A stretch of 64,000 nt of DNA from Octopus vulgaris (taxonomy: Eukaryota). Location: positions 104,532,001-104,596,000 of the forward strand of contig OX597817.1 of NCBI GenBank assembly GCA_951406725.2, in the 5' to 3' direction. This document shows positions 36,430 through 49,515 of this stretch, piece after piece; positions within the stretch are counted from its first letter, which is position 1; each line of letters opens with the position of its first letter. The notes under the pieces were generated by a model. The model searched no databases, was not told the origin of the DNA, and saw nothing but the letters and a program-made list of their open reading frames with translations. A program made the translations under genes and the position numbers.

Positions 36430-38820
36430 AAGGAGAAAAAAAGGAAATAAAGCTAAAAGTAAAGTCCTAATTAAAGAAGATAACACCATAAAAACAGATC
36501 TCTTCTACAAACGTACAGACACACACCAATATTTGAACTTTAATTTCTCCCATCACTCACATACCAAAAGAAACATACCATTTGATAAGGCAAAACAAAT
36601 TTGCACTATAGTAATAGATGTAGAATTAAGGGATAAAAGATTACAGGAATTAAAATATTTCTAAAAGAACAAAATTATCACACTAGTTTGACACAGCAAT
36701 AACCAAAGCAAAATAACATCCCAACTACAGACCTCAGAGGAAAAACGAGCACACAAAGATAAATATGAACTCATAAGCTTTCCTTTTGTCATCACGCACA
36801 ACCCAAGAAATTACAACATCATCAATACTGCAAAAAGATACCTCCCAGTTCTTCAACAATCATCAAAAATGAACAAATTAATAACGGATTCAAAAATAAT
36901 TTATAAGACATCAAACACCCAACCTAAAAAAGCTCTTAACTCTAGCAAGATTTACAATTAGTGAAGCAACAAAGAGAGTTCAAAAATGTGGTAACCTTTG
37001 TTGTGGAATGTGATTACATTGAAAAAGGAGAACACATTACTTTTAAAGACATTTTAAAAATAAATGCAAATTTGAATTTCAAATCCAGAAACCTAATTTA
37101 CTGTGCCACATGCCCTGAATGCAAGGAATACTACATTGGTGAAACAGGCATTGGACTATATGAGAGAGTAAGGATACGTAAACATGACCCCTCAATTAGA
37201 AACACAACTTGCAGTGAACACGCCGAAAAATGTAGGAAAAGAAAATTCAAAATATTCCCTTTCTTCAAACTATGGACAGAAAATGAACATTTTCATAAGT
37301 CCAAGGAAGAGTACGGACTGAATAAAGAAAACTACATTTGAGTATATACACTCGTGTACTATTTTATGCACCCAAAAAGTTGTATCATCATCATCTTCAT
37401 TTAACGTCCGTATTCCATTCTAGCATGGGTTGGACGATTTCACTGAGGACTGGCAAACCAGATGGCTGCACCAGACTCCAATCTGATCTGGCAGAATTTC
37501 TACAGCTGGATGCCAATCCTAATGCCAACCACTTCGAGAATGTAGTGGTGCCTTTTATATGACCTCGCTTGAATATTTTTTTCATGTGCCACCAACACAA
37601 GTGGCAGTAAGGCGACACAAGTAGTGATCACACTTGAATGGTGTTTTATTTACGTGCCACTGGCACGGAGGCCAGCTTGTTGCTCAGACAACGATCATGC
37701 TCGTATGGTACTCTTAGCACTCCACTAGCACAGATGCCAGTTGTCGAATTTGATTTCGGTTCTGATTCCGATTTCACTTGCCTCAACAGGTCTTCGCAAG
37801 CAGAGTTTAGTGTCCAATAGAGGAAAGGTATGCATAAGTGGGCTGGTTACACCCCTGGCATAGGCCACAAGGTTATGGTCTCACTTGAGCTTGCTGAGTC
37901 TTCTCAAGCACAGCATATTTCCAAAGGTCCCGGTCACTAGTCATTGCCTTGGTGAGGTCCAATGTTCTAAGGTCATGCTTCACCACCTCATCCCAGGTCT
38001 TCCTGGGTCTACCTCTTCCACAGGTTACCTCAACCAGTAGGGTGTGGCACTTTTTCATACAGCTATCCACGTCCATTCTCGCCACATGACCATACCAGCA
38101 CAGTCATCTCTCTTGCACACCACATCTGATGCTTCTTGGGTCCAACTTTTCTCTCAAGGTACTAACACTCTGTCGAGTATGCACACTGACATTATACATC
38201 CATCGAAGCATACTGGCTTCATTCCTTGCGAGCTTACGCATGTACTCAGCAGTCACGGCCCATGTTTCACTGCCATGTAGCATGGCTGTTCGTACACATG
38301 CGTCATACAGTCTACCTTTTACTCTGAGCAAGAGGCCCTTTGTCACCAGCAGAGGTAAGAGCTCTCTGAACTGTGCCCAGGCTATTCTTATTCTAGCAGC
38401 TACACTTCCAGCGCACCCTCCCCCCTACTGACTTGGTCACCAAGGTAAGGGAAGCTATCAACTACTTCTAGTTTTTCTCCCTGGAATGTGGTGGAAGTTC
38501 TCTGCACATTTTCAGTGTTTATTGCTCCTTCATTTCAATTTTATCCTTAGAACAGCAGAAGTAAATAATCCACACAAAATTCAAATAGAAAAATGCGTTG
38601 AGATCTCCTCTTTCAGAAAATATATGTAATATATGTTCCTGTCATGTGATAAAACAGATCACATGATTAAACAACTGAAAACGCTATGAACCTTTTTACC
38701 TACCCAATATATATCTATTTCAAGTTTCAAAGCCCCTGATGGAGCCTATCCCCTCAGGCTGGTGAGATTCAGATTCTCACCAGCCTGAGAAGATAGGCTC
38801 CATTAGGGGCTTTAAAACTG
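36430..38820 (+). mobile_element. Degenerate Penelope-like element (RT thumb and GIY-YIG), interrupted by an RTE
   Basis: TDLFYKRTDTHQYLNF..HHSHTKRNIPF (PLE RT C-terminus), PFVITHNP, and NLIYCATCPECKEYYIGETG (GIY-YIG). Confidence 0.85.
37385..38525 (-). mobile_element. RTE LINE 3' fragment (same family as 25508-28623) inserted into the Penelope element
   Basis: KGRLYDACVRTAMLHGSETW and GRGRPRKTWDEVVK on the minus strand; (TCA)n tail at 37385. Confidence 0.92.
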
Positions 38821-38870
38821 GGTAGCATGGAATTCAAATCAAATTGTTTTGAATTTATATATATATATAA

Positions 38871-40109
38871 CGAGGGGCGTTCAATAAGTAATGCCCCTGA
38901 CCCACTTGCAGTTGTTTGATCTAGCTGAAATTTTGCATGTGCACTTATTTATACCTCTATAGATTAAGTGGCGAATTACAGATCTGAACTAATTGTGGTT
39001 TCTGATTTACAGGTGTTGGAACTGAGTCAAGTGTGAAATGGAGCTTGTTGAGTGTCGAGCAGTGATCTGGTTTTTGTATTTGAAAGGACGCACACCACGG
39101 GAGACTTTTGATGAAATGAAAGTAACTTATGGTGATGATGCCCCATCATATGACCTTGTGAAACGCTGGCATTGTGAATTCAAACATAGTCGGAACTCTG
39201 TGGAAACAGCTCCCAGATCTGGTCACCCTGTTCTGCCGTTGATGAGACGTCTGTCCGTCAAGTTGAGGCTGCCATTTTGGAAAGTCAACGCATAACTATT
39301 CGCCAAATAGCCCATAAGGTCAAGATTAGTACCGGGTCTGTGGAAACTATCATTCATGACCATTTGCATATGCAAAAGGTGTCTGCCAGATGGATTTCCA
39401 GGTTGCTCACACCTTTCCAGAAGCAAGAACGCATTGAGTGCTCAAGGATGAATTTGGAGATGTGCCAAGAAGATGAGTCAAAATTTTTCAAAAGACTGAT
39501 CACACAGGATAAAACCTGGGTCCATCACTATGATCCATAGACCAAAGCCCAGTCAATGCAGTGAAAGCACCATGACTCACCTCCTCCAAAGAAGGCAAGG
39601 GTGCAGCCCTCCGCTGACAAGGTTATGCTCACAGTCTTCTGGGACCAGGACGGAGTAGTGATGACAGATTTCCTGGCAAAGGGTACCACAATTACAGGAG
39701 CCTATTATGCTTCACTTTTGAGGAAATTAAGAGAAGCTATCAAAATCAAGAGGCGGGGCAAGATCAGCAAAGGCATCCTCCTCCTGCAGGACAACGCTCC
39801 GGTCCACAACTCGCGTGTCGCCAGATCAGAAGCACAGGCGTGCAGCTATAAACTCCTCCCCTTGCACCCTCTGATTTTCACCTCTTCCCAGCCATGAAGT
39901 TGATTTTGAAAGGAAAGCGTTTCCCAGATGATGCAGCCTTGATTTCTGGGGTCTTCTACAAAAACGGTCTCCAGAGCTGTATCAAACGATGAGAGAAATG
40001 CATAACTCTGGGTAGTTCCTATGTAGGAAAAGACTAATAACTGTGCCAAGTGTCGTTGCTCTACTGCTATGGGAAGTGGGTCAGGGGCATTACTTATTGA
40101 ACGCCCCTC

Positions 40110-40110
<1 letters not shown>
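38871..40110 (+). mobile_element. Full-length mariner (irritans/Hsmar2-like) with disrupted transposase
   Basis: Near-perfect TIRs cgaggggcgttcaataagtaatgcccctgacccactt inside (TA)n. ORF pieces 39038-39897 include KVSARWISRLL, ITQDKTWVHHYDP, KVMLTVFWD and LLQDNAPVH. Confidence 0.95.
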
Positions 40111-40149
<39 letters not shown>

Positions 40150-40458
40150 TCGTATATGACTGGCTTTCTCACAGTGTCTGCAAAATTTCACTTACAAGGC
40201 ATTAATAAACTCAACTCTGTTGTAGAAGATATTTAGGTACTATATAGTGGTATTGAACCTAAAACTACATCACTGAACCATACCTGAACCTATTTATGTA
40301 TAATTAGTTTGTCTTGAGAAGCATGAGATCTCTCCTCCTCCCGTGGCAGACTAACCTATTCCTTGTGAACATTTTGACTCTGATATTTTAATATTTTCTG
40401 ATGCAGATCACCACTACTTTCCTCAGATTCTACTGTTTCACTTGTGGTTTATTGACAG

Positions 40459-40593
40459 GAAGTATCATGGCAGTTACAGTTGCTGATCAATTTGCTCCCT
40501 TGAAGAAAAACAAATTTGTTGGAACTTGTATATCACGAGGTGGTATTGGCCTCAAGGCACACTTTACTTTAAGGAATGTGATTGACAGCCAAG
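40459..40593 (+). CDS. MRPL19: MRPL19 coding exon 4
   Basis: SIMAVTVADQFAPLKKNKFVGTCISRGGIGLKAHFTLRNVIDSQ(G), ribosomal L19 core. Confidence 0.95.
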
Positions 40594-42297
40594 GTAGTAA
40601 ACATATTTAACATATTTTATTAGTCCTCTACCATTCATATAAAAATTATGATTTCGTATGTGATAAATTATCGTCTTAATACTTTAAAATTATAAGAATT
40701 TATAAACTTTGGGAGAACGTGAAATAATTCTTTTTTGGAACACTGGATCTTGAAGTAAATAAAACTATAAATGATAGTGTGTAAATATTGGGTTAAAAAA
40801 CCCTATGGATAGAAAAAGTCAAAGGCTGCCAGTGGGACTTGAAACCATATCTGCAGTAAAGAGAAATTCAAAGGATTGCTCTAGTCTAATAGTAGAACAC
40901 CTCTCATTGAGATGTAGATCCCATGGGAACCTTCAACTTTTCCTATTCAAAGGATATTTTCATCTAATATTTACCAGCTGTTATTTATAGTTTTATCTGC
41001 TTTGAGATACACCATTCCAAAAAAGAATTATCTTAATATCTGTTTTTCCATGCCATTATGAGTTGGGCAGATCAGCCTTAGAAATATTGCTATTCGTTTT
41101 GTACCTCTGTCTTTATTAGCCTTTTTTGTTCACCTTTTCACATTCAGCATTCATCAATTGACATTGTATGTCCATTTTAGTGTAGTCATCTCTTCTGCAT
41201 ACATCAGCCAATATCTTTGATGTCCACTCGGCTATTATATCAGCTCACTCATGCTAGTCATTATAGTTAACATTACACATCCAGCAGACAAAAGACAACT
41301 CAGATCTTGTACATTCAATATTAATATCACACACCTTTTACAAGTCCACTCAGCTGGCGAAAATGAGCAGTACTTGTATTTCAATGAGCCAGCCTTATCA
41401 CATTCTGTGTCATGCTGAATCTCCCCAAGAACTACATTAAGGGTACATATTTCTGTAGAGTGCTCAGCCACTTGCATGTTAATTTCACAAGCTGGCTGTT
41501 TTGTTGACCTGATCAACTGGAACCCTCATTGTCACAATTGACAGTGTGCCAGTTATACCAGTTTCAGACAGTCTGCTCTTTTTATGCAGAGAAACAAATA
41601 TCTTTTGTTGTCCTCAACAACAACAGCTAAGCCTAACTTTGCTCTTGTTTCTATGATTTTTCTACAATCACCTCCAACTCTAATTAGGCCACTTCGAAAC
41701 TTTCTATTATGTCTATATAGTTGTATGAGCAGTTATTGAACTTCCTTCATATGAAATATATGGTTCTCTGTCAGTCTGCTGGAGATTCCTCTGTCTCAGA
41801 ATACCAGCTTTTAAGTCTACTGCTACAGATCAAATTCTCATCCATAAACGACAAATCTGATTCACAATTCAAATTGTGTCTATCTCCTTTGCTTCTTGTT
41901 CTTCCCAGTTACTTTCTGCTCAAAGTATTTACTTTTACCTGCTTTCCCACTTTCATCATCATCATTTAATGTTCATGTTCCATACTGGCATGGGTTGGAT
42001 GGTTTGACAGGATCTGATGTGTCCAAGGACTGCATCATTCTTCAGTGTCTACTTTGACACAGTTTTTACAGCTGAATGCCATTTTAAACCGTGGACTGGA
42101 TGCTTTTTTTTTTTTTTTGTGCCACCTGCACTATTGAGCTTGCCATGCAGTTTGCAGGACTACAAACCCAGAGTGAGGTGGGGAGAGGGCAGCATCATGC
42201 TAGGTAAGAAAGAGATTTCTATGAGAGAGATTAGTGGCTGAGGGATCTGCTTGGCTACTCATGTCTAGTGAGGAAAAGGTGGAGAGATAAAGAGAAA

Positions 42298-42705
42298 ATG
42301 ATCAGTAGGAACTGCAAGACATATGTTAACTGTTATCTCCCTTGCATAAGCCCTAGATTTTTTGCAAGAAATTGAGTTCACCATAGATTAATTCATTCTT
42401 TAATTATCTTATGCGTGAACACTCCTGCAAGCCCATATTTATAATTATATGCATATGTGCATACATGCATATATAAAAATACACATGCACTACATTTATG
42501 TGTGTCTGTGTATGTATTATATTTTTAGTATGTGTGTATGTATGTGTACACATATGCATACATTTATAAATATGGGCATGTGCAAGCATTCTTGCATAAG
42601 ATAGTTAAAGAATCGATTAATCTGTGATGAACACAAGTTCTTGTGAAAATCCTAGCTAATACAAGGGAGATGACTAGATATTCTTATAAGTTACCTCCCA
42701 TGATC
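42298..42705. mobile_element. Fold-back MITE with ~130-bp imperfect terminal inverted repeats around an AT/GT microsatellite
   Basis: tctcccttgcataag...agattaattcattctttaattatcttatgc is mirrored by gcataagatagttaaagaatcgattaatct...tacaagggaga. Confidence 0.7.
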
Positions 42706-43205
42706 TGTGTATGGCATGCTTAAACAATTGTGAAGATCTCTTCATATGAAACCATCAGTTGCTTTCTTAACTCACGAATAAAGTATATATACATCATCAT
42801 ATTAACTACTTTTCCATGCTTGCATGGCTCATATGAAAGAAACAAAAGATTTTTAAAGCATCTCCAGACTTGTTTGATTGAGGAGGAGGTTATCACCTCA
42901 TTTGAAAACAAGTAGAAGTTGGTAACAGGATGGGTATTTTGCCATAAAAAAAACTCTGCCTCAACAGACCCTTGCCTACATCATGCATCATGCAAGCATG
43001 GAAAATTAGACATTAAAATGATGATAATGATATATGTATACATACAGTGATTCTGTACAGTTTCCCTTCCCCCAAATTTCATCCACAAGGCATTGGCCAA
43101 TATTTATAAATCCCTTCCAACATACATTATATTTGTATTTTTGTTAAAAAGTTAACTAACAACAGCACTCACTTCATTCAAATGTATTTTCTTTATTACT
43201 TCTAG

Positions 43206-43393
43206 GGATTGAAATCAGATATGAAATCTATCAACCCCATATTCTTAATATTGAAGTTCTTAAACTACAAAAACGTTTGGATGATGAATTATTTTATTTG
43301 AGAGATGCCCCACCTGAATATAGTACTGTTCCATTTGATTTTCAACCTGTACCTTTACCAAAAGGTTTTAAGATTCCAGTTGACACCACAAAG
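43206..43393 (+). CDS. MRPL19: MRPL19 coding exon 5
   Basis: IEIRYEIYQPHILNIEVLKLQKRLDDELFYLRDAPPEYSTVPFDFQPVPLPKGFKIPVDTTK. The 3' boundary is inferred at a GC donor (AAG|gcaatg). Confidence 0.9.
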
Positions 43394-45202
43394 GCAATGT
43401 CTCCTTCATTTATATTCTAATTATATTGTTAAATGTCATCTGTACTATTTCATTTAGGAGATGTTTCTAGAAGTTTACCTGTGCATAGTGTCTTATATAC
43501 ACAAGTGGGACTCTTAGAGAAGTGCAAAGCTGACAGTGTTAGTTCCTGGATGTCATCATCATCACCATCATTTAACATCTGTTGTCCATGCTTGCATGGG
43601 TTGGACAGTTTGACCAAGGCTGGTAAGCTGTAAGGTTGCACCAGACACCAGTCGGATTTGGCATGGTTTTCTACAGCTGGATGACCTTCCTAATGTCAAC
43701 CATTCTGTGAGTATAATGGGTGCTTTTATGTGCCACCAGTACAGGTGCCATGACTGTGATTTGGCTTGGTTTGATGGGTCTTCTTAAGCACAACATAATG
43801 CCAATTGTTTTGTTCATTGCCTCCGTGAGGCCCAACATCTGAAAGGAACTCAACCACTTTGCCTCTGTGAGGCCCTATGCTCGAAAGGAACTTAGCCACT
43901 TTACCTCTGTGAAACCCAACACTCAAAAAATGCTCTTTATGTGCCACCAGCACAGGTGCTAGTTACGTGACACCAGCATCAGCCATGACTACGATTTCAC
44001 TTGGCTTGACGTGTCTTTTCAAGCACAGCTTATCACCAAAGGTCTCAGTTACTAGTTATTGCCTCTGTGAGGCTCATGCTATGTGAATAGGTATGGAATA
44101 TTTTCTAGTTTGTAAGACTGATTTTTTGGAAACACAAGATGTCCCCCCAGAAAACTATGTTCAAAATACAATGGGCTCACCTACCCTTGACAACAATGAG
44201 GAAAATAAGACATACGAGTGCTATTTTAATGGAGTATGAATTAGGAAAGAAAAACCTGTTAGTGGATTGAAAAGAAGTAATGATAGCTGTAGGAATGACA
44301 CTGAAGGGGATTTTTGTTTTGTTTTTCATTTTTTTGTTTCTTTTTGGTAAGTCTGGAGATTGGCACAATATCTATGGTCTTTACCAGCCTTCTACAAGTT
44401 ACAAACTTTTCACTTTGTTAATCAGCTTTTGAGAAGGATTTATTCTCAATGTCATGAAATACTATTGTTACTGGTATAACAGTAAAGTAAATAGACCTGA
44501 GCTGCAAAATTATGAGGATTTCAAAAAAATATGTTAAATATGTTAAAAGCCGTGTAGGAAAGAGGTGGACTGAATAGGATGTAGTTTAGGTTTTTGCATG
44601 TTACATTTGTTAACATTGAGATAAGCTTTGAGTTTCTCACTCTCTTGTCTAGTGAGCAATTAGAGTAATCCAAACCATGTATGACAGAGATAGTGAAAAA
44701 GCAAAGTTATTTTGATATACAGGAGGTTTTCACTAAACTTCAATAATCAGTTTTCTTTATAATAGTAAAATTTCAGGCACTCTCACTAAATTTTAGAACT
44801 TGATGCCAATGAAAAGTTTCACATGTAATGTGACTCTTGATGCAAAATCTGCAAGCACATCAGCTATGAGACTTTTGTCTGTCCTTCCAAATTTTCAATG
44901 ATAACCATAGCATTTCAAAACATTTGTTGGTGTTATATAGTACAAGAAATAGTACTGAGATAATTTTAGTAAAATTCTGAAAATAAACTGTGAACATGAC
45001 TGGAGAAATTCGTAAAGTTGTTACTTTGATTGCAGTGAATGATGAATGAATTAAATGTAGTCTTAGGACTGTTAACCTTCACAGATAAAAAGACATATGA
45101 CGAGACACACAAAATAATATATATAATATATTACATCATGGAATAGAATGAGATGTGAAATAAAATCATGTTCATTTGCTGAAAATTTTTTATATTTTGT
45201 AG

Positions 45203-45433
45203 GTAAAACTGAATCCTCGACCATGGCTACAGAGATATGAACGTATGGATTTAAAAGGAGTTGAAGATTTAAATTTACCAGAGAGATTTTATATTAAAGC
45301 AAAGAAAGTTGCCAAACCATGGGAAAAATATGATTTAATGAAGGATTATCGTGAAAATGTAAATGATATAGATGCAAGTGAAGTTTACAGTGAATTTTCT
45401 GAACATTCTTCACATTTTAAAGGCTTAAAATAA
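45203..45433 (+). CDS. MRPL19: MRPL19 last coding exon
   Basis: VKLNPRPWLQRYERMDLKGV...KPWEKYDLMKDYRE...GLK*; AATAAA at 45459-45464. Confidence 0.93.
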   Translation, partial: VKLNPRPWLQRYERMDLKGVEDLNLPERFYIKAKKVAKPWEKYDLMKDYRENVNDIDASEVYSEFSEHSSHFKGLK

Positions 45434-45550
45434 TTCTGGTTTTGTTAAAATATTTGTAAATAAAATTTGGTTTTGACAATAACTCAAAATGTTATTTTAA
45501 GATAATTGACTATCGATATTTTAACAGGGCTCTGAAAACCAGGTTTTTTT

Positions 45551-45787
45551 TTATGACTTTCTCTTTGAGATGTTATTTATATTTTCTTTAAGTCTGGAGG
45601 ATGGAGCATTTCCCATGACCTTTAGAGGCCCACCAAGATTGGTGAGCTTGATGCCATTAATGTTCTGTTTAGGCTGTTGTAGGTCAACACCTACAGAAAA
45701 AACACAAGTAGGAAGAAGGTTCCCTAGGGCCAATGTTGTGGAGGAAAAAGATTGAGCATAATGGTTGAATGTGGGGGCCAAGGGTAC
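45551..45787 (-). CDS. Putative terminal exon of an unidentified minus-strand gene (alternative acceptors at 45787 and 45690)
   Basis: Locally higher GC, two pyrimidine-tract acceptors (ctgttcccactcag| and tgtgttttttctgtag|) and an open frame to the stop at 45551. No family recognised. Confidence 0.4.
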   Translation of the reverse strand, partial: VPLAPTFNHYAQSFSSTTLALGNLLPTCVFSVGVDLQQPKQNINGIKLTNLGGPLKVMGNAPSSRLKENINNISKRKS

Positions 45788-46599
45788 CTGAGTGGGAACA
45801 GAGTGCAAGACCAGCCAGCCCTAAGGAATAGAAGCCATATTCAACTGAACCTATTAAAATTATTTCACCATTCATAATATCTAGAGCTGTTGAAATAAAC
45901 TTAATACTGGAGCCTGTTGTGATTTGCTATAGCCATCATACAACAACAGTTCTACACTACTTATTTTCACTGTTATTTCAAATGATATGATACTTATACT
46001 GGACTATTTTTTGCACAAATCTTAATACTGGATACTATGGGGATATTTTTACAATGTGTAAAAATTTATTTATAGTTGTTGGTTAACCCCCAAAAATAGC
46101 GCTGATCAAACAGCCCTCTGATCAAAGGCATTCCACTTGCAGCCATACTTTTTTTTCCTTTTTTCAGACATATCAAAGCATATTCAGCAGTATTCTTCCT
46201 TTTTTAAAAAATATTGTGGTGTGATTTGAGAGATATTTGGCTGTTGCCATTTTAAACAGTTTAAATGACAGTAAGGAAGCTCCCTCAAAAAGTACCAATT
46301 ATATATATATATATATATACACATACATACATACATATACACACATAAGCATATAATGCATATGTATATATACTTAAGCAATCACACATATATATATATA
46401 CTATATAATTAGGGTTCAGCAACGATTTGCTTCACCACACACCGAAGTTTAGAAATAGCAGTTAAAAAAATCTTAGCTATTCCTTCTACTTTAAAGGGAG
46501 TTCCCAGAAAAAACAAACCACGCAGGCAAAAGGGAAAAAAATTACGAAAATCATTCTATATTAGGTTCTATATATATATATATAAACTGCCAAATACTG

Positions 46600-48300
46600 A
46601 AAGGCTACATCAATCCAAACTGTAAACCAAAAAGCTTCAGAACATCAGCAAATATCACTTCTCCACCAGCCTTGCTACATATGTCACTAGTGTCAGTCTT
46701 GCATCCTTTCATGTTAGCTCTGAATACACCCACAGTACATAGCTAATTAGTCAATTGACAAAACACATTGCACAAATTTGTTGTAATGAATATACTATAC
46801 TTCAACCTAGTGGAGGACGATTCTTCACACTGATATACAGTATTGAATTGTATGGGGTGCAATATGTTGGACAGTTTGGACATATATTTTCACCAGTGTT
46901 CAGTTTATTTCTGTGTACCTGTAGTAGGCACAACATATGTGGGCATGGTGAACTTCATCAGGATGTAACAGCTGTTGTCCCTTTGCTTTCCATACTGAAA
47001 AAAAGTCTGAAACAATTTGCAAAAGGATTACCTTTCTGTATGTCTTAAAGGTACCAACGTCAACTTTGGCATTCTCTTGGAGTCAAAAAAGTAAAGTGCC
47101 AGTCATCATCATCATTTAGCGTCCGTTCTCCATGCTAGCATGGGTTGGACGGTTCAACTGGGGTCTGTGAAGCCAGAAGGCTGCACCAGGCCCAGTCTGA
47201 TCTGGCAGTGTTTCTATGGCTGGATGCCCTTCCTTACGCCAACCACTCCGCGAGTGTAGTGGGTGCTTTTTACGTGCCACCCACACAGGTGCCAGACGGA
47301 GCTGGCAAACGCCCATGAACGGATGGTGCTTTTACATGCCACCGGCACGGGGGACAGGCGGGGCTGGCAATGGACACAAACGGAGGATACCATTAGTCCC
47401 ATTCCTCAATAAAAGAGGAGCATTGATGTAGGATTTAGCAATCTCAATCCTTTTTACTATAGGCACATGGCCTGCATCTTTTCTTTTTTAAGCTTAGGTG
47501 AGATGCTAGTTGATTCATTGATCCCAGTGCTCAACTAGTACTTGTTTCATCAACCCTGAAGGGATGAAAGGCAAAGTCAACCATGGTGGAATTTGAACCC
47601 AGAACATAACAATAATAATGAAATAATGAACCTTTGCAGCCCAGAATTAGACATGATTCACATGGATGGACTAATATTTTTGCTGGCTCTATACATCTTT
47701 GGTGTTGACAATTTTTTATTTAGCTCTTATTATTCCAAGTTTTCTAGAATAAACTTGAACAAAAAGACAATACCAGCAAAATTTGAGACAAAACATCCCA
47801 AATTCATCATCATCATCGTTTAATGTCTGCTTTCCATGCTAGCATGGGTTGGACGGTTCAGCTGGGGTCTGGGAAGCCAGAAGGCTGCACCAGGCCCAGT
47901 CTGATGGGCCTAAAATATTTCTTTTCAAGTATAGAATTCCATGTAACTACAATGATAATAGAATTTTATCACATCCAAATCCTGTTAGCATTCCATGTTT
48001 GTCAAAGATATACCAAGGCTGAATGTTTCTGTTGCATTTTTTTAATACAACATAACAAAACAGATGGTAATTGAGTGCAGGCAGCATCGATTTTATTCAG
48101 ACTGTAAATGATTTCGGTTGTGCATGTGGCAAACTGCATCTAATATTGACCTAAACCATATAAATGTGAATAATTTCACATCAGTAGCAGATGTGCTTCA
48201 TTTGTTATCTTTGGAAACACATTCAAGGCATTGCAGTACAGTTTCAGTTATCTAGGACACTAGGTGTGGCTCTAGTAGAACATTTAACTGATAAGTTGTT
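46600..48300 (-). mobile_element. Possible highly decayed BEL/Pao LTR-retrotransposon integrase region, broken by RTE-tail and SINE insertions
   Basis: Scattered motif-like remnants on the minus strand (WIIRA..CESC, GNPFANC, GWW); heavily frameshifted. Confidence 0.3.
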
Positions 48301-49515
48301 TGCTAGAAGATTATTTCTCATTTAAAAATAGAGTAAATTTGAATTTCATCTGTTGATGGGTCTTGAATTTCATTTGAACTACAGAAAAACAATGAGTTAT
48401 ATTACCTTCAAGGATTCTGTTAGATTGATGATTATTAAACATCTGGTTAAATGCTTTAGCATTTAAACCAACCATATTCAGCCCAAATATTCTGTTTATG
48501 TTCAAACTGGCCAGATTCAACCTTTCAGTGTTATACTAAAAATAAACAATTCCATCATTGAAATCTTAAAGCTACAAGATAATCCTTTCTACTATGGGCA
48601 TAAGGCCTGACATTTTGGAGGCGGGAGCTAGTTGATCACACACACCCCAGTGCTCAACTGGTACTTATTTCATCAACCACAAATGGATGAAGAGCAAAGT
48701 CAAATTCAGCAGAATTAGAACTCAGAACATAAAGACAGACAAAATGCTGCTAAGTATATTTTGTCCAGTGTATTAACAATTCTGCCTTCAGAAGATACAA
48801 GATAATGCATGATTAATTCAGAACTGTGAATAAATCAGCATTACATTTGATAAGAGTAATCAGAATACTAAAGGGGTAAAAATCCTTTTGGTACCAACCC
48901 ACTTAAAATTGCTATTGGTTCTATAATACAAAACCTCTTGTTTTAAAAGGGATCTCAATTTAAAAACCTATCAAAATTTCATATTAATTTATGTTCCAAA
49001 CACTAGTATAAATTCTTCAATATTTTCAAAATTAATTGAAATCATTGCAATTTATTTCAGAAATATAGTACCAAAAGGGTTAAAGTGTTTTTCCTAACAC
49101 TAGACACATTGAAAGGAAATGGTCTGCTCTTTAGCACCAGGTGGACTATGGTCAAAGAATTTCATCTTATTTTGATTATATACCATTATCATCATCATTT
49201 AATGTCCATTTTCCATGCTGGTGTGAGGTGGGCAGTTCAACTGGAGCTGGCAAGGCCAGGCACTGCATCAGTGTACTGGGTGCTTTTAACATGGCACCAG
49301 CACAGGTATCAATCCTGCTATGACAGACTGTTCTTGAGCACAGCAATGCACCAGATATCTTGGTCCTTAGTTATCTCCTTTGTAAGGCTCAGTGTCTTGA
49401 AATCAGCCTTCAATGCTTCATCCCATGTCTTCAGATATATATCGAGGACCACATTGTCCAACCTTTTTTCCTGATATGACAAGAACTCTCATTGGTATAG
49501 TTATTTTTCAGATAT

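Noticed and set aside
39038-39897. SETMAR-like domesticated transposase
   Set aside because: No SET domain, multiple stops and frameshifts, and TIRs are present; it is an ordinary dead mariner.
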